Notes: a model not told the origin generated them from the letters alone. Counted from the stretch's first letter, positions 23,899 to 37,062 are shown. The stretch: 64,000 bases of DNA from Harriotta raleighana (GCA_050575255.1 JBNZDD010013700.1:3448982-3512981); one strand, 5' to 3'. Translations and numbers: made by a program.

Positions 23899-24787
23899 GT
23901 TAGTCAGTCTTGTTCTGTTCTGTTTCTTCTTTGACGCCTCTGCAGAATTCCACTGCAGTGAAAATCAATTCTGCCAAGAGGATTCATACGTAATTTGAGG
24001 CCTGAAACATTTCTTCACTTCACCAAACAGAATTGCTAAAGCAACGCTTTGAGGCACACTAAGGCATTGCACCCTCACCGTTGCACTCTTTTCAATTAGA
24101 TTTCAGCCGCACACATGTGTTGCTCATGAACTTTTATTCTGTGTGGTTGGCGTCAAAGACTTTGGGTGGATGAAGATGTGCCAAGGAAGCAAAGCTCTGT
24201 GCCAGGTTCCTCTATGAAGTGTGATGGTATCATCAGAGTGCGTTATTCAGATACAACAAAGGATTACCGGAACATGATGTTTATGAACACGCAGAATCAA
24301 TATTTCATACAGACATTTCTTCATCACCAATCTCACTTTGTTCCCCTCCCCTCCCCTCATCCACCCACCACACACACACCCTTTTATCTTGTTTGCCAGT
24401 AGTGTTGCAGCATTAGTCATGAATAGGACTGTGCCAAAATACAACTTTGTTGGTATCATGTGACTTATCTGTAGATTTCATGATTTGGGTGAAGGTTTCC
24501 AGTCAATGAGGAGCTGCTATAAACAAAGCTAATCAAATACCAGCAGCATCTCAAGGGCATTTGACTGTAAGTCGAAAAAAAATTATGGTAACCTTGAATA
24601 GTTTAGTGGTGAGACCACATATGGATAATTGCAAATAGTGAGACTACTGCTGGCAGATGTACATGGGTCTCTCCATTTTGACTTACCTCAGGGCTCATCA
24701 GAGCAGACTAGTGACCTTCCAAATGATAATATGATCTATTGAATGCCAATTGGATATTTTGTGATGTAAATATGATGGAAACCAATT

Positions 24788-24852
24788 ACAATAACAACAA
24801 AATTATATTTGTACAGCGCCTTTCACGTCGGGAGGACATCCCAAGGCTCTGA
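24788..24852 (-). mobile_element. Solo L2 tail
   Basis: ACAACAAAATTATATTTGTACAGCGCCTTTCACGTCGGGAGGACATCCCAAGGCTCTG. Confidence 0.8.
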
Positions 24853-25873
24853 ATTAGAAACTTATATACAAAACCTCACGAGTACTAGCAATGAAAGAGC
24901 AGGAGTAAGGTGAGGGGTAAGGTGGTGCCTGTTCACCTTTTTCAAGGTGATGTGGCTTTTGTGCCCAATAGTAGCATTTCAATGTTGCAGAATAGGAAAA
25001 CAATGAATTAGATCAGAATTAGATCAGTGAATTAGATCAGTTTCTTCTATTTCTGAACTGAAAACCTGTTAAATTGGATTAGAATCAGAATCAAAAAGCA
25101 AGATGGTGGCTGTGGCATCATTGAACAGCTCAGAGATATGTTTAAGAGGAAGTTAGGTATACATGTGAGGAAGAAAGGAATAGAAGGGAGAGAGTGAGGA
25201 GTGGTTGAATAGCCCGGTCCTATTCTTGGTCTGTTCATGAGTGTAATTCTTCCATCCTTCACAGATGGCATCAGTATCGTTCTTCACTCTGTCTGCCAAG
25301 AAATACACGTCAGTGTGTGTATACTGTCAAACCCACTCCCATTCCACAGCCTTACTACTACACCAACAACATGACTGTCTGAAAGTTGGTCAGAAGAATT
25401 TTTATGAGCAATATTTTTCATTTTGAAAATATATCTGAATGAAGCTGATCACATTTAAACCTATCAAACATTTTTTGAAGAATGCAGGGACATGTTAATA
25501 TCTAAGATTGTAAGTGATATGGAAGATGTAATGATGGAGTTTACATCTCAGCCTTCTTCCAGGATCTGAAATTTCCTAGTATTAGTTTGCTAGAACATTT
25601 TCATCTTTAAATCTAAGATTGCACGAAATTGTGAAATTTTTAAAAATCAAATCATCTTGGATTGCTTATAGTGAGCTTTGAGTCTTGTTCCCATTCATGG
25701 AGCAAGTATTTGATTGCCACATCATAGGATGCTCATTGACCTCAGAGGCTGAACTGAAACCGGACAGCCAGTGATGTGGAACTGTGAGGGAATGTTTGAT
25801 CCAATCATTGTGCCAAAGTTGAGGATATTCAGTTCAGATCAGTGGACAGTTTTTATGGATGGGTGGAAAATGC

Positions 25874-25923
25874 AATGTTTTACAACAGATTTGACAATTA
25901 TCAAATCTGTTGTGGAAAACATT
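25874..25923. repeat. Near-perfect 50-bp palindrome
   Basis: AATGTTTT-ACAACAGATTTGA-CAATTA-TCAAATCTGTTGT-GG-AAAACATT. Confidence 0.8.
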
Positions 25924-26743
25924 TTTCGCCCTTACAGCCTTTAATTGCGCTGTAAAGCTCAATTCCGGGAACCATCTTCTAATCTACGTCATAAACAGTA
26001 GGAAGGATGGGACTGAATTGTAAACCTATAGTTAGCCACAATCAGCTATTTTGGTTCCTTTCATCAACATCCAAATTTAGTTTCTTCTTCTGCTGCAGTG
26101 ATATTTGCCCAATGTAAAAATAGCAGTTTTTTTGACCATAGAGAAGAGCACACACCTACAGGTGCAATGCTGGCTTTATTGTCCATCTGTTCACTAGTTA
26201 TCTGTACCAAGAAATACATAAACATGACATTCATGATACAGATACAGCACGTCAAGGCCATAACAGAGAAAATCTTATATTTTACAAACATTTGACACAC
26301 AATTAAATGCATGTGGTCTTGGCTGGTGAGTTCAATGATAACTAGAGGTCTTGTGAAGGTAAGAGAAAAGAATGTAGCTTTGGCTCTAATTTGGGTAAAT
26401 CCCGAGCTTTCTAAAAGTTGAATAAATCTATAGATCACCCAGACCAGTATCAGACAGTAAGGGTGAAAATCCATAGCACCTGGAACTACAGAGCTTTAGC
26501 TCCAGCATTCAAAATGGCTTGTCAGCAAAACAACACTGGAAATAACAGTAGGAAATTAGATCCCTGCAAATGAATCCATGCATGTCTTGCCAATCCATGA
26601 GCCCTCAGCTCCGACCTGGGATTTCTCCAAAAAACAAGTTCCCTTGAGTCAGACTGACAAAAATATGCTTCCTTGAAGAAGATTTGTTTATTTTTTTTTT
26701 AAAAAAGCACCTTGATTCATGCACTACAGGATATGTTAACACT

Positions 26744-27025
26744 ACAATAATAATCCTTGCACTTGATATAGCGCTTTACATATCTTATCGACGTCTCAAA
26801 GTGCTTCACAGAATATACTCTAAAGTGAATTGACTGTATATTTGTGGGTGAAACGCGGCAGCCAATTGCGCACAGCAGCGTCCCCACAAACAGTCGTAGG
26901 TTGAAATGACAAATTTATTATTATTGTTTGTTTTTGAGAGATTATTATTATTATTTCACCCTGATCTTCCTGGATTCGAACACAGGTCTCACATTTGTAA
27001 GCCGAGTGCTTTAACCACTGAGCTA
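26744..27025 (-). mobile_element. Younger tRNA-DeuSINE, near full length
   Basis: Tail, Deu core GCAGCCAATTGCGCACAGCAGCGTCCCCACAAACAG, and tRNA head. Confidence 0.88.
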
Positions 27026-27114
27026 TATACAGTCGGATTTTCCTGCTTTCCTTCCCCCTACCCCGACCCCTCCACTTGCCATCTTTCCCCCCTTTCTCCC
27101 CTAAACCCACTTCC

Positions 27115-27305
27115 ATGATTGTTTGTGGGACACTGTTGTGCGCAATTTGGCTGCCATGTTTCATCCACAAATATACAGTCAATTTTCCTACTTTCCTTCC
27201 TCCGACCCCTCCCCACTGCTCTGATCCCTACTTGACTGTTCAGTGCCTTGGGGCATCCTCCCAACATGAAAGGCACTATATAAATGTAATGATTGATTGT
27301 TTGAT
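27115..27305 (+). mobile_element. Chimeric Deu-domain plus L2 3' tail fragment
   Basis: Deu core at 27115-27185 runs directly into a pyrimidine UTR and the L2 tail GTTCAGTGCCTTGGGGCATCCTCCCAACATGAAAGGCACTATATAAATG with an (ATTG)n end. Confidence 0.65.
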
Positions 27306-28319
27306 TTGCTTCACATGAAAAATCCAAGCTGTTTTGTTGGATATCAAAGTACTATTTTAACCATATACTTTCTCAAACCCCAATCTGATATTAAAAAATG
27401 TGACGACTCAATTGAAACACAGTGTTTGGGTCCATAGAATTGTTCACCAACCCTGCTGCCCAGTCATCAGATCGCCAACTGATGTCACTTACAGTAACGG
27501 AAATATTGGTGAGAGCATCATGACTGACTGGCCAATTCCCTATACACTTCCGATATAGGAAACTGGCCAATCCATGTTGGACGTCTGAAGTGGCCCATAT
27601 TATGGTACCTGAAGGCTTATAACCTGAGTTATAAACCATCTCACAGTCTACCAAGGGTTGATTTAACAAGTGCTTCCTCAATATAGCACTGGAGTATCAT
27701 GTTAGCTACTGCTCAAACAGGTACTTGATCCTACACAACCTCACTCAGACAGGGGGAATGCTATCACCTGAGCAGGCCCTTTTTGGCAGGACAGTGAGAT
27801 AGAAAATATAGCTTTCATTGAGAGCCAGTGCAGATTCCATGAGTCGAATCTTTTTCTTCTGTACCGTAAATTTCAAGTATTCTAAGTAGATTCCACAATC
27901 TTGAAATACAATGTGTTTTATGTAGTAGATCTGCCTTGCTCCTTTTGCTATATGTAAGTACCGTATTCTCATCTTGCATATGGAATAAAGTTTAAAATAA
28001 TATCCTGTGCTTCCTCACCCTAAATGATTTTTTAATTCAGTGTCAAAGTCTCAGCTTGTTTACTGGAGGATGTAACCAAACTTAATGAAGGACTGTGATA
28101 AACTATATTAAGTTCATGGTTTCATAAGTATAACTTTTGAAAACAACAATTCTAGTCTATTTACTCCTAGCAATTCATTTAATGTTCCAGTTAGACATTC
28201 AACAAGGTCTTATGAGGACATTATCTCATTTGCCACACAACTACAGGCCTTTGCAAACATTCTTGGTGACTTCATGCAAAGGAATCCATGCAAAGCCTTT
28301 GCAACAAACGTTTTGTACA

Positions 28320-28560
28320 AAATGGTGGACGTTAAAGATCCCATGGAACTACACCAGTTGAAAAAAGAAATGGCCAACAATCCCCATCATAAATTGATCA
28401 TTCACTTAATGGCTATTTGTGTGATATTGCTGTGTGCAAATTGGCTGCAGTGTTTAACTATAAATAAATAAATAATGAATATTATAGTGTTTAACTATAA
28501 ATGCAATTACTACACTTCACAGAAAAACTTGCAATTGATCAAATCAAGCATTATTGATAA
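28320..28560 (+). mobile_element. Old DeuSINE relic
   Basis: GGTGGACGTTAAAGATCCCATGGAAC...TTGTGTGATATTGCTGTGTGCAAATTGGCTGC. Confidence 0.7.
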
Positions 28561-28759
28561 ACAGACAGATCCATCATTGGCAATTTTTTCGGTATGTTAT
28601 TTATTTATTTACACCATATTTGCTTTAGAGGGGAGAATGGTTGAGCTAACCCAAGATGTTTTACCCATGTTCATAACATTGCAGAAGCTATAACCCAATG
28701 CAACTGGCTGTGATCTGAATAAAGTCAGTATTTGGATCATAGCAGGGATATAGTCTTCA

Positions 28760-29110
28760 AATCTCTCCCAATCTCACGCTACCCTACCTCTGTAATCTCA
28801 AAACACTCTGTCCTAACCACTTCCTTTGTTCAGTGCACAGTAGTGTGCCTCATATCCCCAACCTAGCAACCCCAGCATCGTTTCAGCTATTCTGCCCCCA
28901 CTTTGGAACTCCATCCTGGAGATCCTCCTGAATTACACTACCTCACTCCGCTCTTTCAAGGAAAATCTCAAAATCTAACTCTTTGTCCCTGTTTTCTGTC
29001 ATATTTCCTCTTCTCGGACCTCCTTGGCTTCCACCCATAGCTTCAGTAACATCCAGCACTGTGAAGCACTTTGAGTCATCTACGCAGCAGAAAAGGCACT
29101 GTATAAATAT
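28760..29110 (+). mobile_element. Old L2 LINE 3' fragment
   Basis: TTTCAGCTATTCTGCCCCCACTTTGGAACTCCATCC...CTCAAAATCTAACTCTTTG and tail GTGAAGCACTTTGAG...AAGGCACTGTATAAAT. Confidence 0.6.
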
Positions 29111-29647
29111 ATTCCATTGTACACATTTGCATTGTGTAATAATTATGAAACCCTTACTAGTTTTATTTAAATACAAATGAAGTGGGACAGAACGTTATCT
29201 GTTATAGTTAAAAAGAACATTGCCTTTCCCACAAAGTGCTTGCTGAACCTTTCTTCCCATGTCCCCCCAAGGTCTGTGTTGCAATGTAGTAAACTGTAAA
29301 AGAACATGCTACTGAATTATAAACACATCACCCCATGGTTTGTCGTTAACTATCATACTAAGGATAGCACAGTTATTCACTATTCTCCGTCCCAATGATC
29401 CCCACAATCACCTCCTTAAAACAAACATCTCTTCTTTTACATGGCATTACCTATAATTTCAGCAATAACAATAACAACTTACTTGTATTTATATAGTGTT
29501 CTTCATCCCGGCTGGGCTCTCAAAGTGCTTATTCCATATCCTTTACGGTATAAAATTCAGACAACTTGTGGAGCCACAAAGTACTTCTTTCTATTCAAGA
29601 ATTAAAAAGAATTAATCAGAATAATTTATCTTGGGGACTTGCATTTG

Positions 29648-30360
29648 ATAAGAACATAAGAACCTAAGAATTAGAAGCAGGAGTAGGCCATTCGGCCCTT
29701 CGAGTCTGTCCCGCCATTCAATAAGATCATGGCTGATCTTCTGACCTAACTCTAATTACCTGCCCTATCCCCATATCCCCTAATCCCTCTATTTTTCAAA
29801 AATCTATCAGTCTCAGCCTTGAAAATGTTCAAGAACTGAGCATCTACAGTCTTCTGGGGTGGTGAATTCCATAAATACACTACGGTCTGAGTGAAGAAAT
29901 GTTTCCTCAACTCTGTTCTAAAAGGCTGACCTTTAATTTTAAGACCATGACCCCTGTTTATAGATTCTCCTACCAGGGGAAACAGTCCCTCAGTATCTAC
30001 TTTATTCATCCCTTTAAGAATCTTATATGTTTCAATAAGATCCCCCTTAATTCTTCTGTACCCTAGAGAATACAGCCTAGTTTATTCAACATTGGTCAGT
30101 CCCCTCAAACCAGGAACTAACCTAGTGAATCTACGCTGCACCCCCTCTAAGGCAAGTATGTCCTTTTTTAAATAAGGAGACCAAAACTGCACACAATACT
30201 CTAGGTGTGGTCTCACCAAAGCCCTATACAGTTGCAGCAAGACTTCCCTACTCTTGTACTCTAAACCTTTTGAAATGAACTCTAGCATGCCATTCGCCTT
30301 CTTATTTACTTGCTGCACCTGTAAACTAACTTTTTGAGACTGGTGTACAAGGACACCCAA
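29648..30360 (-). mobile_element. CR1 LINE 3' end (ORF2 C-terminus, UTR and tail), relatively young
   Basis: GVLVHQSQKVSLQVQQV.KKANGML...LYRALVRPHLEYCVQFWSPYLKKDILALEGVQRRFTRLVPGL; RGHGLKIKG...HFFTQTVVYLWNS; (ATAAGAAC)n tail. Confidence 0.95.
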
Positions 30361-30582
30361 ATACTAATATTATCTAACCTCCCCCCTGATGCAATAATGT
30401 ATCTTGCTGTTGAAGTGTCTCAAAGGGCTTCACATGATTTACTATAAAATATAGTGACTGTGTACTGGTAGGTGAATGCAGCAGCCGATTTGTCCCACAA
30501 ATAGCCATGAAACGAATGATCATTTTAGTGTCAAATCCCCAAATAAAAATGTTATGTGCCTATTTAGCTCGGAAAGGGTTAA

Positions 30583-31046
30583 ATACCCCGTGAAATGTGC
30601 TGGTGTCTCAGATAAAGCTGGGCGCATCATTGCTCAGTCAGCAGTGGCTGAGATATAGCAGCAGGTGCAGGAATTTGAACTTGGTCACAGTAAAGCCAGC
30701 TGATCCATTAAACCTTCAAAGTTCAAAAGTGCATGAGTTGCAATGCCAAAGCACACCCAGACATACATACGTAGATCAGGAAAGAGAATGGAAAGTAAAA
30801 TACATTTTAAAACACCAGGTTTCCAAAGCCAGCCTACGTCTCATCGACAGAGCTGTTTTTAACTATTCAAACTACAGTACTCGGTCAATTATTTTAGGGG
30901 GCCCATCACTGACGTCACGTTTAATAAGTGCACATGCGCAATTTTATTTTATTCAAAAATTAACTTTCAGCTGGTGCGATGCCTCTTTAGGTGGACCGGC
31001 TGCTCCACCGGGCTAGGGAGAGCTCTGGTTTTCGTTATACGGGTAT
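30583..31046. mobile_element. Putative TTAA-flanked non-autonomous DNA transposon (Kolobok/piggyBac-type target)
   Basis: TTAA|ATACCCCGT ... ACGGGTAT|TTAA short imperfect TIRs; interior richer in CpG than the flanks. Confidence 0.4.
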
Positions 31047-33129
31047 TTAACAAATGATAAGAGCATAGCACACTCAAATCCTCCCATTCCGATGATTTTT
31101 TGCATTACTTTGGGGGCATTAAAAATGCCTCTGCTCATTCAAGTAAGGCAGGCACTGTCTCTGTCTCTATCAATCAGAGCAGGTGGATGCAGGATTTTAA
31201 CTCTGCATGAACTGCCCTTTGATTCTCATGGATGAAGTGACATGGAATATCAGCACTCCGCAGTGCTGGGTAGCTGACAAGGGTGGAGCAGGAGCAGCCA
31301 ATAAGATCTCTGTGGAGGCAGTTTACCATTGCACGTTTAACACTGACAAGTGGTTGCTGTTTAACAGCTTGGCTTTGTGTCTGTCCAGGCAGCTGAGGTC
31401 ACTGCACCCTTTACCCTGCCATTTGACAGGGGCATGATGGCCAGGGCAGTGCTTTCCTGAGATTCTCTCTGTAACCGTGGGAGAACTGAGGGGTAGTAGT
31501 TTAACCAAATGAAATAGACCCACAAAGGAAAGAGTTGGAATTGCTCCTGGGTGATTTTATACTAAGTGCAACATTTAACAAATCCTGTAGCAACATCAAC
31601 ATTTTACCAAATGCCTTTCACATTGGATGCCTCACAGCACTTCACAAAGCTGACCAAGAGCCTGAACTGAAGCTTTCAGAGAAAAATATTCAGGGTTCCC
31701 ACACCTAATCATTCATTGTTATAAAGTGTATCCGGATGGATACTGGGTGAGAACAGGAATGGGCTTGGCTATGATGCCCGCCCTTTGATTGAATAGCTTG
31801 TGATCATTTCTGTTGAGTCTCACATGTGAAAAATAGTCATTTAATGCAAGGGATATGCATTATTATAGTGAGACACTGAAGCATGACTGGGATCAATGGA
31901 ATCATGCCATCACCGAGAATATGAGGAGATGAAAACATCTTTCAAAGAACAAGATCCTTTACAATATATTTTGGAGGCAGAACTTCCCAGTGAATTTGAT
32001 TGAATTATTTATTGACTTGCAATGTTTGAAATAATGTTGTGAAGAATTAGGTCAGTTTCTGAGGTGAGAATTCTAGTTTTGTTTACAGACATCAAAGGCA
32101 GTGAAACAAAGTATAGTGAGAGTCTCAGGGGGTATGGAGAAGCAAAGGCACCATTAACTGTTAATACACTTCTGCAAGCCTGAGAGAAATCGCAAAATCT
32201 CTTCCTTGCAGAATATCTGTTCTCCCATCACAACATCAAGCTTTTTTTTCATGAATCCAGCATCCCAGTCTCAACCACCTTTCTTAGCAATCTGTCCCAA
32301 TTGTTAAATATCCTCTAAGGAAAGAAATATTTCCTGGTATCCATCCTAACCTAGATCTGTTGTAATGTTAGCTCTGATTTTTCTCTGTAACCCTGAATAC
32401 CTTTGTTTCCTGTTCCTTCTGACACATTCAAACAGGCACAAACCATATGCCATATTATATAGTTGCAAGGATTGTTACTGAGAAGGACACAGGTGAGCCT
32501 CTGTTTGTGTATTGCTCACACTATCCTGAGGGAGAATTAAAATAACATTGTACAAGTGTTATCCCACCCTATTTCTATGATCAGCACTACATCTATTGAA
32601 GAATTGGACAGTTTTTCTTGCTTGTCTTCCTCCAATACTTGTTATTGTTATATGAGAAAATAAAACCCATACATGTCAGTGCTACTGACACAAAAGAGGA
32701 GATTTGACAATAGGAACTATGACGCAAACACTTAGAAAAACAAGAAAAGATTGCCAGAGGAGATACAGGAGCCACCATAAAGGGATTGAAACAGGAGCTC
32801 ATTATTTTCTAAACACACACCTCTGCCTTGTTTAATCCCACACATCCCCGCCCTTGTACTAAAGTAAACATTCTAAGATATCCATCCCTGTTTGCAGACC
32901 TAAAAAATGCAGTCACTACCATAGGTGGCAAGTGAAAATATTCTTTGGTAAGACTGAGTAACATTAATGGGGGTGGGAGGGGGGGGGGGGGGGCTGAGCT
33001 CCCTCTTTCCCTTTCCATTGACCACCTATAATAACTATTTTACTGGAACCTATGTGAAGCGTTTTGAGATGTCCTTCTGACATGAGTTCTGCAAGGATTA
33101 ATTTAATTTTTTATTATTTCTACATTTTC

Positions 33130-33440
33130 ACTATTCAATGGTTTCCTGCTTGCCTAGCTCAATCGAGTGCACTCCCACATGTGGGTCAGAAGATTGTAGA
33201 TTCAAGTTCCAAGCAGGAGACTTTGAGCTCACAACATGGACTGACACTTCACTGGGTCTTGTACTGGATCCAATGTTAAGCAGAGTTTCAGTGCATATTT
33301 ACTTGCAGACGAATGATCCCACAGCACTAATTCACTCCCACTATCCTGATCAATATCCCCCAGATAAGACTGGTTATTCACTTCATGGTTGTTTGTTGGA
33401 TGTACCTAAAGTCTGTTTGTCCACAACATACAGTCATCTT
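33130..33440 (+). mobile_element. Old tRNA-DeuSINE relic
   Basis: TAGCTCAATCGAGTGCACTCCC...GGGTCAGAAGATTGTAGATTCAAGTTCC head; GATCCCACAGCACTA; TGGTTATTCACTTCATGGTTGTTTG. Confidence 0.55.
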
Positions 33441-35233
33441 ACCAAAATCCTTGCCTTACCAAAACTTTGATATACTATAAGTGCAACATACACCGGAGCC
33501 TAAAGTTATGGTTATGGAGTATAAAGTTATGGTTGCGATCCATAAGACCCAAAACCCGCATACTGGCAGGTTGCTCCTGCACTAAGAGAAAAATGGCCAA
33601 CTTCCAGGGCCTCAGGTTATCACCAACAACACTTCCTGTTTGTTGCACATACACAAAATAGAAAGTGATATCAGCAACATCATGATGACTTGAAAGTCAG
33701 CCATTTTCTAAAATAATTTTGGTCGTTAGGTCACTGTTTCGAGAAAAGGTCATTCAGTCTATCAAGTAATGCAAAACCTATCTTTTTGTGGATGTTATCA
33801 TGTGCACGATGTTACCATAACATACTGTCTCTACTGGAAAAAGATGTTCTACAAAAAAAGGTCTTCTTTCCTGCAGCAAAGCAGGGCTTGACTTCAGAAG
33901 TGACCAAATGACAAAAGGAGCAAGTAGATGGGCTGTACTGTACACATTTGCAGTGAATGGGGTCCGTTGTACAGTGAATGAAACTGCACATTATTAAAAC
34001 TCAATGTGCACTATTGTGATGTGATTTTACAATGGAGCTGACTATGATTATTATTTCGCACAATTCCAGAGCTACCAGCACATCAGTCCCGTGCAGTGTT
34101 TCTCCATTTCATTCTCTGCCTGCCCCTAAATAATCGTATGATATTCTCATGAAAATAATTCTCTTGTTCTCTTTTTGGAGATGTTAATCACTCGAGCATA
34201 AATATTTTAAGAGGAAAGAACTCCTTTTATGTGTAGTACAGCTTGAAACAAGTTACATATTTATTCAAATATCCAAGTAAATTATGTTCACTTGATCCCT
34301 CTTATCCAATAGTTTAGTTAGTTCCTCAAAGAATTCTAGAAAGCATGATCTATTTTTTCTCAATCCATATCTATGACTCTATGATGAGCATGGAGTTATT
34401 GAGATTTTTTTTTACTTGTTTTCCATTATATGTTTTTCAATGGTGATTGAACAAACTTTCAACATTCATAAAATAAAATTTTATAAAAGCAAATAAAATT
34501 TACCCTCTCTCAAGACAGCCACTGTCCCAAACGGCTTATTTGGTGTTTATTCTGATAACTTTGACACCAGAATGAATTGGATCACCACAGCAATGTTAAG
34601 AGTAGCACTCTCTTTATGCAGGGATAGGCCACACGCCCCCCTCACTAATACAATGCAGAGGTCCACCCCCAGCTACCTCCCACATCTCTGGTTTGCAGTC
34701 CATTACAATACAGTGACAGGGAAGGCCTGATCAGTGCTTCCAAACAGCAAAAGTGATGTGACATCAGCCTAATGCTTAGCAGCGCAGCATTGATCTGCTA
34801 ACCAGCAATGCAGGCAAATGTCCTATAAGGGATGATTGGGCCCGAGATCGGTAGAGTCCAGCTAAGTCCAAATGATGAGGGACGGGAAAGAGCCCAATCC
34901 AGGAAGGACCATGTGAAGAATGTTGGCCAATGAGACTCCAACACTACACCCTGCAGTATACAAATGTAATGTATTTAATATAGCTGCTTATTGTAACGCC
35001 TAGACATCGCAAAAAACTTCACAGAATATATCATATAGTGGATTGACTGTGTATTTGGTGCCAGGGTCTTTAACAAATTTTACTAGAAATACCCAATTAT
35101 TTTGGTAAATATCAATCCATAATATATATTTTACTTCCAAATTCCATTTTCAAAATACAGTACAGTATTGGGGGAAGTGTTATTTTGTAATAAAGGCCTT
35201 CGGGGACTGCAAATGGGAAACCTGTGGGATAAG

Positions 35234-35530
35234 AATAATAATAACAATAATAATCCTTGCATTTGATATAGTGCTTTTCAGATCTTCTAGATGTCACAAT
35301 GCACTTCACAGAATATACTGTAAAGTGAATTGCTTGCATATTTGTGGGTGAAACATGGCCACCAATTGTGTACAGTGTCCCACAAACAGTTGTGTATTGA
35401 AATGTCCAATTTATTATTGGGTTTTTTTCAGGATTATTATTAGGTGTGTGGCGTAAGGAAATATGCCTGGAATTGAACCCAGGTCTCTTTCTTGTAAGGC
35501 GAGTGCTCTAACCATTGAGCTGCAGGACTC
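35234..35530 (-). mobile_element. Younger tRNA-DeuSINE, full length
   Basis: Tail, Deu core, and head CCTGGAATTGAACCCAGG...CTAACCATTGAGCTGCAGGAC. Confidence 0.88.
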
Positions 35531-36014
35531 AATTTCTTCACAGCATTTCAAAGAGCTTCACAGAAAATGTTCTATCAAGTCAATTAATTGTATATTTGTC
35601 CCAGGGGAGGAACCTGGAATTGTAAAGGGCATTCTAGTGAGCAGTAACCTTGCTCCTCAGCTTAGGAAACTGAGGACTCAAGAATCTGGTGCCCTGTGCA
35701 CATGATCACAGTTAAATGATCTGTGTTGGTTTCAAATAAAGTGAATTGAATCTCTCACCAAGCATGGCTGGCTTCATCTATTTCATTCCCAATACCCTCA
35801 TGCTTGCAGCAGAACTCATTACAGTGTAATTGCTCTATATTGATGCTAAAAGAACCCTTGATCTTCATTTCATGTTTCCAGACATCAATGTGATGCGCCC
35901 ATGAACTTGTACAACCTCTTTGCTCTACATCTGTCCAATTAAAGTCATAAAGCCGAATGAGATGCTGCAGAGCTTATACTGGAGCTACAATGGGTTTGAT
36001 GTCACTGTTTGACG

Positions 36015-36120
36015 TGCCCCCCCCCCTGTCCTCAGCTCGGGTCTGAAGCAGTGACTGTCCAGTGCCTTGAGACGTCCTTGTGACGTGAAAGACGCTATAT
36101 AAATGTAATGTTGTTGTTGC
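36015..36120 (+). mobile_element. L2 3' tail
   Basis: GACTGTCCAGTGCCTTGAGACGTCCTTGTGACGTGAAAGACGCTATATAAATGTAATG followed by (TTG)n. Confidence 0.8.
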
Positions 36121-36859
36121 TAAGATATGTTGGGCATTTAAGTGTTGACAAATCTCCAGCATAATGTTTCTAAGTTTAATGCTTGCAAAATCTCCCCAGC
36201 AATGAGAGTCTGACTAGTCAGAGGCTCTCTCACATGATTGGCTAAGTCTGCTGTAAATTCTGTGACTAGTTTATTACATTCTTTGTGAGCTCTTTACCTA
36301 CCGCAGTCTTCCTTTCCTCATACAATCTCCAGGCTTCTAAAGCTCAGGCTTGGCATCAGTTCTTTTGAAATTCTGCTCTGAGCAACTATTTTCAGATGCC
36401 TGTTGGTGCCCTGTTAAATGAGTCCTTCACTTATGCTCCCAATAAAAAATGTAAAAGGTTAATAGTTAACCACACAGCTTCTAATACAAGTAGAAAATCT
36501 AAGCATTAATCCGAGTGAAATTTAGAGAAAAAATATGATGCAAAATTCCTCTGCAGGGTTCGTTTCTGAAGACAGATAGGCTACAGTTTCTGAGGATAAA
36601 TAGGCTAAGCTGTCCTGGAGACCGCCTCTACAAGCTGGTAGCCAGATGACTCGAAAGAACCAGAAACTTGCTTGCATTGTGTGAAATCCAATGTCAGTGC
36701 CAGACAAAGCAGTCAGGAAATTGCTTGAAGCTCCAAGCTGTTCAATTTACTGTGCACAGGCAGAGTGAGGCCCATTCTGCAGTGATGTAATTTTTCTTAT
36801 CAACTAACTGAAGCGCAGCACTCGGGCACTTCCTGATTTTTCTCTACTGTCTACATTCA

Positions 36860-37062
36860 GCCTTCGGCTCCCCCCCTAACTCTTCCCCCTCTCCCATTCT
36901 CCTTCCCCCTCNNNNNNNNNNNNNNNNNNNNNNNNNNNNNNNNNNNNNNNNNNNNNNNNNNNNCCCACCTGCTCGGGTCCCAACCTGACTGTTCAGCTCT
37001 TTGGGATGTCCTGCCAATGTGAAAGGAGCTATAGAATTGTAATTTTGTTGTTGTTGTTGTTG
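36860..37062 (+). mobile_element. L2 3' end spanning an assembly gap (N run 36912-36963)
   Basis: Pyrimidine-rich UTR, tail hairpin and (TTG)n. Confidence 0.75.

Noticed and set aside
26064-27972. Minus-strand ORFs 26064-26474, 27391-27681 and 27745-27972 as exons
   Set aside because: No recognisable domain, weak or inconsistent splice sites, and lengths expected by chance.
34830-34950. C/D-box snoRNA (ATGATGA at about 34872)
   Set aside because: No CTGA D box or terminal stem at a suitable distance.
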